Shown here: positions 46,861-58,072 of the stretch, piece after piece
Layout of the letters: each line of letters opens with the position of its first letter
How positions within the stretch are numbered: position 1 is the first letter of the stretch
From: Oscillospiraceae bacterium
GTDB taxonomy: Bacteria; Bacillota; Clostridia; Oscillospirales; UBA644
Assembly (NCBI GenBank): GCA_902783255.1
Contig: CACZQB010000038.1
Coordinates: 5,458-69,457, forward strand
Reading direction: 5' to 3'
Length of the DNA stretch: 64,000 nt
Translations under genes and position numbers: made by a program
The notes under the pieces: model-generated
Told to the model about the DNA's origin: nothing
Seen by the model: only the letters and a program-made list of their open reading frames with translations
The model's database searches: none

Positions 46861-47999
46861 TGGACAGTTTTATTACAAAAGACGGAAAACGTCTTCGCAG
46901 AGGATATACTACCGGTTCGTGCGCCGCCGCTGCCGCAAAAGCCGCAGCGATCATGCTCTTTGAAAACAGGAAACTCGATAAAGTATATCTTTTAACGCCG
47001 AACGGAACAGGTCTGTATATCGCTGTTCACGATATCGTCAGAGATAAAAATACCGTTTCCTGTTCAGTCGTAAAAGACAGCGGAGACGACCCCGATATTA
47101 CGAACGGAATAAAAGTTTTCGCAAAAGTCGAAAAAAAAGACGGAATAAATGAGATCACCGTCTGCGGCGGCGAAGGCGTCGGGGTAGTAACGAAGCCGGG
47201 CCTCGACCAGCCTGTAGGCAATCATGCGATCAATTCAACACCGAGAAGAATGATCAAGCAAGAACTTTTAAAAGTCTGTGAAGATAACGGATATAACGGC
47301 GGACTGACTGTAACGATATCTGTTCCCGACGGAGTAAAGATCGCTGAAAAAACATTTAATCCGAGGCTAGGCATAATCGGCGGTATCTCTGTTCTCGGAA
47401 CGACCGGTATCGTTGAACCCATGAGCGACGACGCCGTAGTCGAAACTATACGTACCGAGCTTTCTCTTCGCAGAGCGGAGGGAAAGACGTCGGTATTGTT
47501 TGCGCCGGGTAATTACGCGATGGATTTTATAAGGGACGAGCTTCATTTGAACGCCGAAATAGCAGTAACAACGTCAAATTTTATCGGTGATGCTCTTACT
47601 CTTGCCTCGGAAGAGGGGTTTGCATACGCACTTCTTGTGGGACATGTCGGAAAACTTATAAAGCTTGCCGGCGGATTATTCAATACTCACTCACGATGGG
47701 GCGACTGCCGTGCGGAAATATTTGCCGCCCACGCAGGTATGAACGGCGCAGATGCGGAAACCGTAAAACAGATCATGCAGAGCGCTATGACGGACGATAT
47801 TATCTCGATCACCGAAAAAGCGGGTATTTACGGAAATGTCATGCGAAGTGTCATGGCAAAAATAGATGACAACATATCGCACCGCCAGCTTGGTAAAATG
47901 AAAACAGGTGTTATCATGTTTTCAAAAATATACAGTTCACTCGGCACAACGCCTGATGCTGAAGAAATTCTCGAAATTATTCGAAAGGAATATACATAA
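46860..47999 (+). CDS. cbiD: Cobalt-precorrin-5B C1-methyltransferase
   Basis: 379 aa with the LRRGYTTGSCAAAAAKAA N-terminus typical of CbiD. Confidence 0.9.
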   Translation: MDSFITKDGKRLRRGYTTGSCAAAAAKAAAIMLFENRKLDKVYLLTPNGTGLYIAVHDIVRDKNTVSCSVVKDSGDDPDITNGIKVFAKVEKKDGINEITVCGGEGVGVVTKPGLDQPVGNHAINSTPRRMIKQELLKVCEDNGYNGGLTVTISVPDGVKIAEKTFNPRLGIIGGISVLGTTGIVEPMSDDAVVETIRTELSLRRAEGKTSVLFAPGNYAMDFIRDELHLNAEIAVTTSNFIGDALTLASEEGFAYALLVGHVGKLIKLAGGLFNTHSRWGDCRAEIFAAHAGMNGADAETVKQIMQSAMTDDIISITEKAGIYGNVMRSVMAKIDDNISHRQLGKMKTGVIMFSKIYSSLGTTPDAEEILEIIRKEYT

Positions 48000-48754
48000 T
48001 GGTACATATTGTCGGGGCGGGCTGCGGCGCGCCGGATCTGATTACTCTTCGCGGAAAAAAACATCTCGAAAATGCCGATGTTATCATATACGCGGGATCG
48101 CTTGTCAACGCCGAACTCCTTTCTTTTGCAAAAAAAGATTGTGATATTTACGACAGCGCAAAAATGACCCTTGAAGAAATAATAAATGTGATCGTTTCCG
48201 CCGAAAGCGAAAACAAAACGACCGTGCGTCTTCATACGGGAGACCCGTCTCTTTACGGCGCAATAGGCGAGCAGATCCGCGAATTCAGCATACACGGTAT
48301 AGAATACGATATCACACCCGGTGTAAGTTCTTTTTCAGGCGCTGCGTCCTCGCTGAAAACCGAGTATACGCTTCCCGATGTATCGCAGACAGTTATTATC
48401 ACGCGAGCATCAGGCAATACGTCGGTCCCCGATTCGGAAAATCTCGTTTCACTTGCGAAACACCGCGCAACAATGGTCCTCTTTCTAAGTACCGGTCTTC
48501 TCGATAAGGTGACAAAAGAGCTTATCGAAGGCGGATATTCTCCCGATACACCTGCCGCCATAGTGTATAAAGCAACATGGGCGGACGAAAAGGTGTTTCG
48601 ATGCACAGTTTCAACGCTTAAAAAAACAGCAGAAGAAAACAAAATAACAAAAACCGCGCTTATAACAGTAGGCGATTTTCTGACAAGTGATTTTTCAAGA
48701 TCACATCTTTATGATCCTGATTTTTCAACAGAATTCCGTGAGGCTAAAAAGTGA
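47999..48754 (+). CDS. cbiF: Cobalt-precorrin-4 C11-methyltransferase
   Basis: 251 aa with VGAGCGAPDLITLRG...VIIYAGSLVN. Confidence 0.85.
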   Translation: MVHIVGAGCGAPDLITLRGKKHLENADVIIYAGSLVNAELLSFAKKDCDIYDSAKMTLEEIINVIVSAESENKTTVRLHTGDPSLYGAIGEQIREFSIHGIEYDITPGVSSFSGAASSLKTEYTLPDVSQTVIITRASGNTSVPDSENLVSLAKHRATMVLFLSTGLLDKVTKELIEGGYSPDTPAAIVYKATWADEKVFRCTVSTLKKTAEENKITKTALITVGDFLTSDFSRSHLYDPDFSTEFREAKK

Positions 48755-49767
48755 ATGTAAGTATTTTCTGCTATTCCGAATCAGGTTCTCATATCGCAAA
48801 GGATCTTTGCGATATGTTTGGTCTTTCATATAAATCAGTTCACTCAATAGAAAAATTCGCGTCAAAATACGGATTTGTTTCGCACAAAAGTATTTCTTCG
48901 GATATTGAACCGTTGTTTAACGCCGGCGGCGCACTTATATTTATAGGCGCATGCGGGATTGCGGTGAGAACAATAGCCCCTTATGTGAAAAGCAAAACGA
49001 CCGATCCTGCTGTTATAGTTATAGACGACCAGAAAAAATTCATCATTCCGATTCTGTCGGGGCATATCGGCGGCGCAAATGAACTGACAAGAAAACTCGC
49101 TGAAAAAACAGGTTCTCTTGCCGTGATCACCACCGCTACGGACGGAGCGAGCAGATTTTCCTGCGATACCTGGGCTTTTACGCATAACTGCGCTCTCTCT
49201 TCAATGAAAACAGCAAAAGATGTGTCAGCGGCAATTCTTGAAAACGATATTCCCGTTTCCTCGGAATTTCTGCTGCCGAAATCTCTTCCGTCAGGGCTTT
49301 TCCCAGGAAATAACGGTGAAACAGGTATTTATATCGGTATAAAAAAGGCGTCTCCGTATTCAAATACATTACGTATTATACCCAGAGTCCTTACAGTCGG
49401 TATAGGCTGCAGAAAAGGCGCAAAAAAAGAAGATATATCATGTGCAGTCAGAGCAGTTTTTGAGAAAGCAGGATTGGATTTAAAAGCAGTAAAGAGTATT
49501 GCTTCCATAGATGTGAAGAAAAATGAAGAGGGTCTTCTCTTTTTTGCGGATGAATTGAATATTCCCGCGGTTTTTTTCAGCGCCGATGAACTAAACTCGG
49601 TCAAAGGCGATTTTGAAGATTCGGAATTCGTAAAAAAAACTGTCGGTACGGGAAATGTCTGCGAACGTTCCGCAGCGCTTGCCGGAGGCAGAATCATAAT
49701 CAAAAAAACTGTTGAAAACAGCGTTACGATTGCAGTTGCGCAGAGCGATTGGGAGGTCATATTTTGA
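48751..49767 (+). CDS. cbiG: Cobalt-precorrin-5A hydrolase
   Basis: 338 aa with CbiG N-, middle and C-domain architecture, in the conserved position between cbiF and cbiH. Confidence 0.8.
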   Translation: MNVSIFCYSESGSHIAKDLCDMFGLSYKSVHSIEKFASKYGFVSHKSISSDIEPLFNAGGALIFIGACGIAVRTIAPYVKSKTTDPAVIVIDDQKKFIIPILSGHIGGANELTRKLAEKTGSLAVITTATDGASRFSCDTWAFTHNCALSSMKTAKDVSAAILENDIPVSSEFLLPKSLPSGLFPGNNGETGIYIGIKKASPYSNTLRIIPRVLTVGIGCRKGAKKEDISCAVRAVFEKAGLDLKAVKSIASIDVKKNEEGLLFFADELNIPAVFFSADELNSVKGDFEDSEFVKKTVGTGNVCERSAALAGGRIIIKKTVENSVTIAVAQSDWEVIF

Positions 49768-50495
49768 AGAAAATATATGTAGTCGGCATAGGAGCCGGTA
49801 ATTATGACGGAATGACGGTCGGCGCCGTCAGAACACTCGAAAAAGTCGATGTAATAGTGGGATACACAGTATATATCGACCTTATAAAACCTTTTTTTGC
49901 AACAAAAACGTTTATATCCACACCTATGATGAAAGAGACAGAGAGGTGCAGGATCGCGCTTGAAAAAGCGGCGGAAGGAAAGACCGTTGCCATGATATGC
50001 TCCGGCGATGCGGGTATTTACGGCATGGCGTCTCCGATCCTCGAACTGGCGGAGGAATACGGAGTAGAAACCGAAATTATTGCAGGGGTAACTGCAGCTT
50101 CTTCCGGCGCAGCGCTTTTGGGTTCTCCCATAACATGCGATTTTGCCGTTATCAGCCTTTCTGATCTTCTCACTCCCTACGAAACAATAATAAACAGAGT
50201 TGAAAACATTGCAAAAGCAGACATGTGCATGGTTATTTATAATCCGTCAAGCCGCAAACGTTCGGATTATATGCAGCGCGTGTGCGAGATAATTCTTAAA
50301 TATCGTTCTTCAAACACTGTATGCGGCATCTGCCGCAATATAGGCAGAGAGGGACAGGATTACGAAATAACTACTCTGTCTGAACTGACAACAAAGGAAA
50401 TTGATATGTTCACGACTGTATTTATAGGCAATTCAACAACAAAAGTCGTTAACGGCAGAATGGTTACGCCTCGGGGATACAGTTATGAAAAATAA
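49764..50495 (+). CDS. cbiH: Cobalt-factor III / precorrin-3B C17-methyltransferase
   Basis: KKIYVVGIGAGNYDGMT...VIVGYTVYIDL. The likely start is the TTG at 49764, 7 nt after GGGAGG. The track start is 49749. Confidence 0.85.
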   Translation: MKKIYVVGIGAGNYDGMTVGAVRTLEKVDVIVGYTVYIDLIKPFFATKTFISTPMMKETERCRIALEKAAEGKTVAMICSGDAGIYGMASPILELAEEYGVETEIIAGVTAASSGAALLGSPITCDFAVISLSDLLTPYETIINRVENIAKADMCMVIYNPSSRKRSDYMQRVCEIILKYRSSNTVCGICRNIGREGQDYEITTLSELTTKEIDMFTTVFIGNSTTKVVNGRMVTPRGYSYEK

Positions 50496-52446
50496 GATCT
50501 GTGTATTTGCAGGCACTACAGAGGGCAGAAGAATAGCTGAGATTTTAAACGGGGCGGCTGATATTACCGTATGCGTTGCAACGGAATACGGCGAAGTACT
50601 GCTTGACCATATAAACGGAATAACCGTTCATACGGGAAGACTCGACGAGGCTGAAATGGAAATGTTTTTTAAAAACAACGATTTCGAACTCATTATCGAC
50701 GCCACTCACCCGTATGCGGTAATTGCAACAAATAATATCCGCCTTGCCGCAGAAAAATGCGGCGTCAGACTTATGCGCATTTTGCGCAGTCCCGAAAATC
50801 ATGAAGCCAAGGCAGTTTATGTATCGTCAGTTACGGAGGCAAGAGATTATCTTTTAAACAGAGAGGGCAATATCCTTCTTACAACAGGTTCAAAAGAACT
50901 CTCTTTTTATGTCGGGCTCGATATGCAAAAAGTCTGGGCGCGCGTCTTGCCGTCCCATTCTTCACTTGATCTGTGTGAAAAAGCCGGCATTCCTTCATCG
51001 CATATCATAGCGGCTCAGGGACCTTTTTCGTATGATATAAATATAGCGCAGCTTAGAATGATAAATGCCGAATATCTTGTTACAAAAGCATCCGGAACGA
51101 GCGGAGGATATGAGGAAAAAATAAAGGCAGCACTTGATTTCGGGGCAGTTCCCGTTATTATCGGAGAACCGCCGCAGGATTTCGGGTACACTCTTGATGA
51201 GGCGATCGAAGAGCTTGAAAAAAAATACAATATTCAAAAAAGAGTTATTAACATAATCGGCATGGGACCGGGCAGCGAAAATCTTCTTACGGTTGAGGCA
51301 AAAAACGCATTGAGCGAATGCGATGCGATAATAGGGGCACAATCGGTCGTGAACGGAATATCTTTAAGAAAGCCGGTCTTTTTTGAGTTTTTGCCCGAAA
51401 AAGTCATGGCTGTTTTAGCAAACAATCCCTCTCTCCGTAAAATTGCCGTTATTATGCGAGGCGATACGGGTTTTTTCAGCGGAACAAAAAAAATGACAGA
51501 TGCTTTCCGTAACGAATGCGTCCGTATATTCCCGGGCATTTCGTCTGTTTCCGTCTTTGCTGCGAAACTTGCCATAAACTGGGATGACGCCGCTCTTGTG
51601 AGCATGCACGGACGTTATCACAATATCGTTCATACAGTCCGAGAAAACAAAAAAACGGTCGTTCTTGCTGGAGGAAGCAATTCTGCGGACGTAATATTGA
51701 AAAAACTGTCCGGCTATGGCTTCAATTCTCTGAATGCGGCGGTAGGCGAAAAGCTTACATACGAAGATGAAAAAATATCTGTCGGCACTGTGGGCGAACT
51801 GAAAGACAGAAAATATGACGATTTGTCTCTTGTATATATTGAAAATCCCGAACCGCAAAATATAATGCGGATAGGAATTGACGACTCTGAATTCATTCGC
51901 GGCGATGTTCCTATGACAAAATCCAATGTGCGCGCCGTTTCGGTCGCCGAGCTCTCGCTTGCGTCAGATTCCGTTGTATGGGATGTCGGGGCGGGAACCG
52001 GATCGGTTTCCGTTGAATGTGCTCTTTGCGCGTTTGACGGAACGGTTTATGCCGTTGAAAAAGAAGATGACGCCGTAAATCTCATCAGTCAGAACAAAAT
52101 AAAATTCTTTGCCGACAATATCGAAATAATAAAAGGAAAAGCGCCCGATGTCCTTGCAGGTCTGCCGTCACCTACGCATGTTTTTATCGGCGGCAGCGGC
52201 GGAACACTTTGCGAAACCATAAAAACCGTTCTCCTGAAAAATAAAGATGCGAAAATAGTCATCAATACCGTTACACTTGAATCGTATCATGAAGCATATG
52301 AATGTGCTGAAAAGTTCGGATTCAGAGATTTCAGATGTATATCGGTCAATATTTCCCGCAGCCGGAAGATTGACAGATACAATATGATGTGCGCACAGAA
52401 TCCCGTAACGGTTTTTGTAATGCAGGGAGGAAAGAACTTTGGTTAA
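50485..52446 (+). CDS. cbiJ-cbiET: Triple fusion: cobalt-precorrin-6A reductase (CbiJ), precorrin-6B C5,15-methyltransferase (CbiE) and the decarboxylating C12-methyltransferase (CbiT)
   Basis: 653 aa. Residues 1 to about 250 are CbiJ-like (KICVFAGTTEGR). Residues about 252-460 are CbiE-like (VINIIGMGPGS). From about 463 onward it is CbiT-like (GDVPMTKSNVRAV...WDVGAGTGSVS). Confidence 0.8.
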   Translation: MKNKICVFAGTTEGRRIAEILNGAADITVCVATEYGEVLLDHINGITVHTGRLDEAEMEMFFKNNDFELIIDATHPYAVIATNNIRLAAEKCGVRLMRILRSPENHEAKAVYVSSVTEARDYLLNREGNILLTTGSKELSFYVGLDMQKVWARVLPSHSSLDLCEKAGIPSSHIIAAQGPFSYDINIAQLRMINAEYLVTKASGTSGGYEEKIKAALDFGAVPVIIGEPPQDFGYTLDEAIEELEKKYNIQKRVINIIGMGPGSENLLTVEAKNALSECDAIIGAQSVVNGISLRKPVFFEFLPEKVMAVLANNPSLRKIAVIMRGDTGFFSGTKKMTDAFRNECVRIFPGISSVSVFAAKLAINWDDAALVSMHGRYHNIVHTVRENKKTVVLAGGSNSADVILKKLSGYGFNSLNAAVGEKLTYEDEKISVGTVGELKDRKYDDLSLVYIENPEPQNIMRIGIDDSEFIRGDVPMTKSNVRAVSVAELSLASDSVVWDVGAGTGSVSVECALCAFDGTVYAVEKEDDAVNLISQNKIKFFADNIEIIKGKAPDVLAGLPSPTHVFIGGSGGTLCETIKTVLLKNKDAKIVINTVTLESYHEAYECAEKFGFRDFRCISVNISRSRKIDRYNMMCAQNPVTVFVMQGGKNFG

Positions 52447-53413
52447 ACTGCTTATTCTTCAAACGGCGGCAATCATAGTGGGATTTATAATCGATTTTTT
52501 TGTCGGAGACCCTTATTCCATCCCTCATCCTGTCGTCTATATAGGCAAATGGATTTCTTTTTTTGATAAAAAATTTCGTCGCGGAGAACCGAAAAGCGAT
52601 TTCCGATACGGCATCGTTACGGTTTTACTTGTAACCGCAATATCAACGGTAATTCCCACAGCAGTTCTGTTAGCGGCATGGGTCATTCATCCCGTTTTGT
52701 ATTTTGTGATCAACTGTATAATGTGCTGGCAGCTCCTCGCAGCAAGACAACTTGTAAAAGAAAGCATGAAGGTTTGCGGCGAACTGAAAAATGGCGATAC
52801 CGAAGCGGCGAGAAAAGCTGTCTCATATATTGTCGGAAGAGATACCGATGTTCTTGATAAAAACGGCATTTGCAGGGCGGCGGTTGAAACGGTTGCCGAA
52901 AATACATCGGACGGCGTAACAGCGCCACTTATCTGGATATTCCTTTTCGGCGCAGTCGGCGGATTTTTTTACAAATCCGTCAATACCATGGACTCTATGA
53001 TAGGTTATAAAAACGAAAAATATCTTTATTTCGGCAGGGCTGCGGCAAAAACCGACGATTTCTGCAATTTTATTCCTTCAAGGATATCTGCTTTTCTTAT
53101 GATTTTCGCATGTCCGTTTTGCAAACTTGATATGAAAAACGCATACAGGATTTTCCGTCGCGACAGAATGAAGCATGCAAGCCCCAATTCTGCACAGACC
53201 GAGTCCGTTTGTGCCGGCGCCCTCGGTGTCCGTTTGGCAGGAGATGCGGTTTACGGCGGGGTAGTGCATAAAAAAGAGTATATAGGCGATTTTTTACGTG
53301 AAATAGAACCGGACGACATAAAAAAAACAGGCAGTCTTATGTATGCGGCGTCTTTTATCATGCTTCTTGTCGGTGTAATTCTGAGAACGGCGGTGATCCT
53401 GATTTGCTTATAA
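52439..53413 (+). CDS. cbiB: Adenosylcobinamide-phosphate synthase
   Basis: 324 aa membrane protein with a TTG start after GGGAGGAAAG. Shows the CbiB/CobD pattern FFVGDPYSIPHPV. Confidence 0.85.
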   Translation: MVKLLILQTAAIIVGFIIDFFVGDPYSIPHPVVYIGKWISFFDKKFRRGEPKSDFRYGIVTVLLVTAISTVIPTAVLLAAWVIHPVLYFVINCIMCWQLLAARQLVKESMKVCGELKNGDTEAARKAVSYIVGRDTDVLDKNGICRAAVETVAENTSDGVTAPLIWIFLFGAVGGFFYKSVNTMDSMIGYKNEKYLYFGRAAAKTDDFCNFIPSRISAFLMIFACPFCKLDMKNAYRIFRRDRMKHASPNSAQTESVCAGALGVRLAGDAVYGGVVHKKEYIGDFLREIEPDDIKKTGSLMYAASFIMLLVGVILRTAVILICL

Positions 53414-54444
53414 ACAGATCAAATCCTCACGGAGGGGATATTTACAACAACAGAGTGTTATATGATTTTTCATCAAATCTCAATCCCGCAGGTATGCCTG
53501 ATGCCGTAAAAAAAGCGGTCGCGGAATCGGCAGAACTCAGTTTGCGCTATCCCGATGCGTTTTGCCACGAACTCAGGAAAAAAATCTCTGAGTCGGAAAA
53601 AATACCGTATGAACGTATCATATGCGGCAACGGCGCCGCAGAGCTTATCTATTCGTATGCGTATTCTTTAAACAAAAATAAGCCTGCGCTGATAATCTCG
53701 CCTACATTTTGCGAATATGAAAACGCTCTCAGAGCAGCCGGTATCGAAACAAAACATCTGATCCTTTCGGAAGATAACGGATTTTGCCTGACCGAAGAGC
53801 TTATACCGGATGATCTTTCGGAATATTGCTCCGTTTTTGTCTGTTCTCCCAATAACCCGACGGGAATGACGGTAAAGAACGAAATACTCGTTAAACTTTG
53901 CAATTTATCAACCCGTGTTTTTGCGGACCTTTGTTTTCTTGATCTCTCAGACTGCCCGGATATATACGATATTACGGGGCTGACCGAAAAATATTCCGGA
54001 CTTACCGTTCTGAAAGCTTTCACGAAAAACTATTCAATGGCAGGTATAAGGCTTGGTTATGCTATGTGTTCAGACGGTGCTTTCCTTGAAAAAATGTCTG
54101 AAAAAACACAGTGCTGGAATGTTTCCGAAACAGCGCAGCAGGCAGGTGTCGCGGCGCTTGACTGTGTCGAATGGCTTAACTCTTCCGTGAAAATGATAAA
54201 AGAGGAAAGAAAGCGTGTTTTTGAAGCAGTTTCATCAGTCGGAATAAAAGTGTTCCGGGGTAGTGCCAATTTTCTTCTGCTTCATTCCGAACTCGATCTT
54301 AAAACACTGCTCCTGAAAAAGGGAATACTTATACGTGACTGTTCCAATTATATCGGTCTGTCAAAAGGATATTACCGCATAGCGATAAGAAAGAAAGAAG
54401 AAAACGATATACTTATATCTGCTCTGAAAGAGGTCGTCGAATGA
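53404..54444 (+). CDS. cobD: L-threonine-O-3-phosphate decarboxylase (class I/II aminotransferase fold)
   Basis: 346 aa with NPHGGD near the N-terminus, SPNNPTG, and [14 protein letters not shown] (PLP lysine region). Confidence 0.8.
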   Translation: MLINRSNPHGGDIYNNRVLYDFSSNLNPAGMPDAVKKAVAESAELSLRYPDAFCHELRKKISESEKIPYERIICGNGAAELIYSYAYSLNKNKPALIISPTFCEYENALRAAGIETKHLILSEDNGFCLTEELIPDDLSEYCSVFVCSPNNPTGMTVKNEILVKLCNLSTRVFADLCFLDLSDCPDIYDITGLTEKYSGLTVLKAFTKNYSMAGIRLGYAMCSDGAFLEKMSEKTQCWNVSETAQQAGVAALDCVEWLNSSVKMIKEERKRVFEAVSSVGIKVFRGSANFLLLHSELDLKTLLLKKGILIRDCSNYIGLSKGYYRIAIRKKEENDILISALKEVVE

Positions 54445-55898
54445 AAAAAGCACAACCCATTATGATACAGGGAACAATGTCCAATGCCGGCAAAAGTCTC
54501 ATCTGCGCTGCGCTATGCCGTATTTTTAACCAGGACGGATACCGCGTCGCGCCGTTTAAATCTCAGAATATGGCGCTGAATTCCTTTATTACAGACGAAG
54601 GACTTGAAATGGGCCGCGCTCAGGTCGTTCAGGCTGAAGCTGCCGGTATCAAACCGTCCGTTCTTATGAACCCGATTCTGCTCAAGCCAACGACCGACGT
54701 CGGTTCTCAGGTCATTGTCAACGGTGAAGTCCGCGGCAATATGAAGGCGTCCGATTATTTCAGGTATAAAAAACAGCTTATACCCGATATAATGAATGCA
54801 TACTGCAAACTTGAAGCTGAAAACGATATTATCGTTATAGAAGGGGCCGGAAGTCCTGCCGAGATAAATCTCAAGACTGACGACATAGTCAACATGGGTA
54901 TGGCAAAAATGGCAAAAGCTCCGGTTCTTCTTGTGGGAGATATCGACAGAGGAGGCGTTTTTGCTCAACTTTACGGAACTGTTTCCCTGCTCGATAAAGA
55001 TGAAAGAGATATGATCAAAGCAACCGTGATCAACAAGTTCAGGGGCGACAAAACGATCCTTGCTCCGGGTCTTGATATGCTCTACGATCTCGTTAAAATT
55101 CCGTGCGCAGGCGTAGTGCCGTATGTGCATGTTGATATAGACGATGAAGACAGCCTCAGCGAACGCCTTTCTGCGGGAATGAGAAAAGAAATCGATATAG
55201 CGGTCGTTCTTCTTCCGAGAATATCGAATTTTACCGATTTTTCGCCTTTTTCGCGGTTTTCAGGCGTGTCTCTCAGATATGTTAAAAATCTTTTCGAATT
55301 AGGTTCTCCCGATATGATCATCATTCCGGGAACAAAATCAACGATGTCCGATCTGAAATGGATGAGACAAAACGGCATGGAGGCTGAGATACTGAAAAAA
55401 GCATCCCGTGGTACTCCGGTTTTCGGTATCTGCGGCGGGCTTCAGATGCTCGGAAGAAAAATATCGGATCCGTTCAATACCGAGGGAGGCGGAGAGATAA
55501 ACGGAATGTCTCTTCTCGATATCGAAACCGTATTTGCAAAGCAAAAAACAAGAACTCAGACAGACGGTGTGTTTGAAGGAGTAAAAGGCATCTTCGGCTC
55601 GCTGAACGGACTGCATTTTCGCGGATACGAAATTCATATGGGGCAAAGCACGAATGCATCTGCCGTTATTCAGAACGGCAATGTATACGGCAGTTATATT
55701 CACGGTATTTTTGACGAAAACGATATAGCTGAATCAATAGTCAGAGCGCTTTACAAAAACAGGGGCATCGAATTTAATGAAAACGCTGTTTTTGACATCC
55801 GTTCATATCGCGAATCACAGTATGATATCCTTGCGTCTGCAGTCCGCGAATCAATGGATATGGATCTTATATACAGAATTCTGGAGGAAGGTATATGA
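54441..55898 (+). CDS. cobQ: Cobyric acid synthase
   Basis: 485 aa with GTMSNAGKS and the GATase block [11 protein letters not shown]. Confidence 0.9.
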   Translation: MKKAQPIMIQGTMSNAGKSLICAALCRIFNQDGYRVAPFKSQNMALNSFITDEGLEMGRAQVVQAEAAGIKPSVLMNPILLKPTTDVGSQVIVNGEVRGNMKASDYFRYKKQLIPDIMNAYCKLEAENDIIVIEGAGSPAEINLKTDDIVNMGMAKMAKAPVLLVGDIDRGGVFAQLYGTVSLLDKDERDMIKATVINKFRGDKTILAPGLDMLYDLVKIPCAGVVPYVHVDIDDEDSLSERLSAGMRKEIDIAVVLLPRISNFTDFSPFSRFSGVSLRYVKNLFELGSPDMIIIPGTKSTMSDLKWMRQNGMEAEILKKASRGTPVFGICGGLQMLGRKISDPFNTEGGGEINGMSLLDIETVFAKQKTRTQTDGVFEGVKGIFGSLNGLHFRGYEIHMGQSTNASAVIQNGNVYGSYIHGIFDENDIAESIVRALYKNRGIEFNENAVFDIRSYRESQYDILASAVRESMDMDLIYRILEEGI

Positions 55899-56404
55899 TA
55901 CATCTGTATTACGGCAACGGAAAAGGTAAAACCACCGCCGCGTGCGGTCTTGCCGTTCGCGCCGCGGGAAGCGGCATGAAAGTCTTGTTCACTCAGTTTT
56001 TCAAAAACGGAAAATCATCCGAAATAAGCATGCTTTCTTCGCTGAATAATATAAAATGCCTTTTCCCGTCCTCATGCTTCGGAAGATATAAAAACATGAC
56101 GGATGAACAGAAAGAAGAAACAAAAAAAATATACGGAAGCTTATTGTCCGAAATAACCGAAAAAGCCGCTGTTTTTGACATGATAGTTCTTGATGAGGCG
56201 ATCTCCGCTTACAATTACGATATCATTCCGCACGATGTATTAAAAGAATTTCTCAACAGAGAAAAAAACAGATGCGAAATAGTATTAACAGGCAGAAATC
56301 CCTCCGAAGAACTTCTGGATATCGCAGATTACGCAACGGAAATGCGTAAAGAAAAACATCCTTTCGACAAAGGCATAAAGGCAAGAAAAGGAATAGAATT
56401 TTAA
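55895..56404 (+). CDS. cobO: Cob(I)yrinic acid a,c-diamide adenosyltransferase (CobO/CobA/BtuR type)
   Basis: 169 aa with the P-loop [11 protein letters not shown]. Confidence 0.85.
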   Translation: MIHLYYGNGKGKTTAACGLAVRAAGSGMKVLFTQFFKNGKSSEISMLSSLNNIKCLFPSSCFGRYKNMTDEQKEETKKIYGSLLSEITEKAAVFDMIVLDEAISAYNYDIIPHDVLKEFLNREKNRCEIVLTGRNPSEELLDIADYATEMRKEKHPFDKGIKARKGIEF

Positions 56405-56406
56405 AT

Positions 56407-57525
56407 ATGAAGATCAGTGATTATTCCGAAAACGAATTGCAGAATATTCTTCATTCAATAAAAAACGCCGATAAAGAGGCAATGAAAAGCGCAAGAGAAA
56501 GACAGGATAAACTTGCAAAGCCTCCCCGCAGCCTCGGCAGGCTGGAAGATCTTTCCGTTCAGCTAGCCGGAATTACCGGAAAGGTAAAAAACAAGTTCAA
56601 TAATAAATATATTCTTGTTTTTTGTGCGGATAACGGGGTAGTAGAGGAAGGTGTAGCAAGTGCGCCTCAGTCAGTCACCGCCGCACAGGCAGTAAATATG
56701 ACAAAAGGAAAAACAGGAGTTGCGGTTCTTGCAAAAAAGTTCGGCTGTAATTTAAAGGTCTTCGATGTCGGTATCAATTCAGACGTCCGCGATATTGCAG
56801 TTATACCTGCTAAAATAGGGTATGGAACACGAAATATATGCAAATCAGCAGCGATGACGCGTGATGACGCCTTAAAAGCACTGTTTACGGGAATTGAATC
56901 TGTAAAAGGATCTGCCGAGGAAGGCGCAGATATAATAGGTATCGGCGAGATGGGAATAGGCAATACGACCACATCGTCTGCTGTTCTTGCAGTGCTGTCC
57001 CAAAAGCCCGTAAAAGAAATAACAGGCCGCGGAGCCGGTATCACGGACGATTCATATTATAAAAAACTGTCGGTGATCAAAACCTCTATTGCGCTCAACA
57101 GACCGAACAAAAACGATATCGTTGATATCATTTCCAAAGTAGGCGGTTTTGATATCGCCGCAATGACAGGAGCCTTCATCGGCGCTGCGCAAATGAGACT
57201 GCCTGTTGTTATTGACGGATTTATATCCGCTGTCGCAGCCTTATGCGCATACAGACTATGTCCCGCGGTAAAAGATTATCTTATCCCGTCCCATGCATCG
57301 TTTGAGATCGGATATAATGTTGCGATGAATGAACTCGGCATTACGCCTCTTTTTGATCTCGGTATGCGACTAGGAGAAGGGAGCGGCTGTCCAATTTCGA
57401 TGATGATGGTCGACGCCGCATGCGCCGTAATAAACGATATGGCCACATTCGAAGAGGCGGCTATCAACGATTCGTATCTGTATACCATAAGAAATACAGA
57501 TGCTTTTACCGTGAAGGGAGAATAA
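56407..57525 (+). CDS. cobT: Nicotinate-nucleotide--dimethylbenzimidazole phosphoribosyltransferase
   Basis: 372 aa with the GEMGIGNTTTSSA block. Confidence 0.9.
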   Translation: MKISDYSENELQNILHSIKNADKEAMKSARERQDKLAKPPRSLGRLEDLSVQLAGITGKVKNKFNNKYILVFCADNGVVEEGVASAPQSVTAAQAVNMTKGKTGVAVLAKKFGCNLKVFDVGINSDVRDIAVIPAKIGYGTRNICKSAAMTRDDALKALFTGIESVKGSAEEGADIIGIGEMGIGNTTTSSAVLAVLSQKPVKEITGRGAGITDDSYYKKLSVIKTSIALNRPNKNDIVDIISKVGGFDIAAMTGAFIGAAQMRLPVVIDGFISAVAALCAYRLCPAVKDYLIPSHASFEIGYNVAMNELGITPLFDLGMRLGEGSGCPISMMMVDAACAVINDMATFEEAAINDSYLYTIRNTDAFTVKGE

Positions 57526-57526
57526 A

Positions 57527-58072
57527 ATGAACGTTTTTATCTCAGGCGGCTGCAAAAACGGCAAATCAGGCTTTGCTCAGGATATTGCGGTAAAACTTTC
57601 CGCAAACCGACCGCGATATTATGTTGCAACAATGGTTCCGTATGACGATGAAGACCGCAAGCGTATTGCGCTTCATATCAGTGACAGGGCAAATCTCGGC
57701 TTTACAACGCTCGAAACTGCGCGGGATATCTCTTCATGCCTTACAAAAGCGGAAAAAAACGGGACGTTTTTGATTGACAGTGTTACAGCGCTCCTTCTGA
57801 ATGAAATGTTTCCCGATACTCATTCGGGCAATGCGGACGAACACGCGCTGCAAAGATGCATTGACGGACTTCTGAAAATTACTGAAAATGCAGAAAATGC
57901 AGTTTTTGTATCCGATTATATTTATTCCGACGCAATAAGATACGACACCTTTACCGAAAATTACAGAAAATCTCTTGCCGCAATAGATAAAGCGCTCGCA
58001 AAGGCATGTGATACCGTGATAGAGCTTTGCGCCGGCAATGTGATATTTCACAAGGGGAGGATAGAACTGTGA
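57527..58072 (+). CDS. cobU: Adenosylcobinamide kinase / adenosylcobinamide-phosphate guanylyltransferase
   Basis: 181 aa with Walker A SGGCKNGKS. Confidence 0.85.
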   Translation: MNVFISGGCKNGKSGFAQDIAVKLSANRPRYYVATMVPYDDEDRKRIALHISDRANLGFTTLETARDISSCLTKAEKNGTFLIDSVTALLLNEMFPDTHSGNADEHALQRCIDGLLKITENAENAVFVSDYIYSDAIRYDTFTENYRKSLAAIDKALAKACDTVIELCAGNVIFHKGRIEL

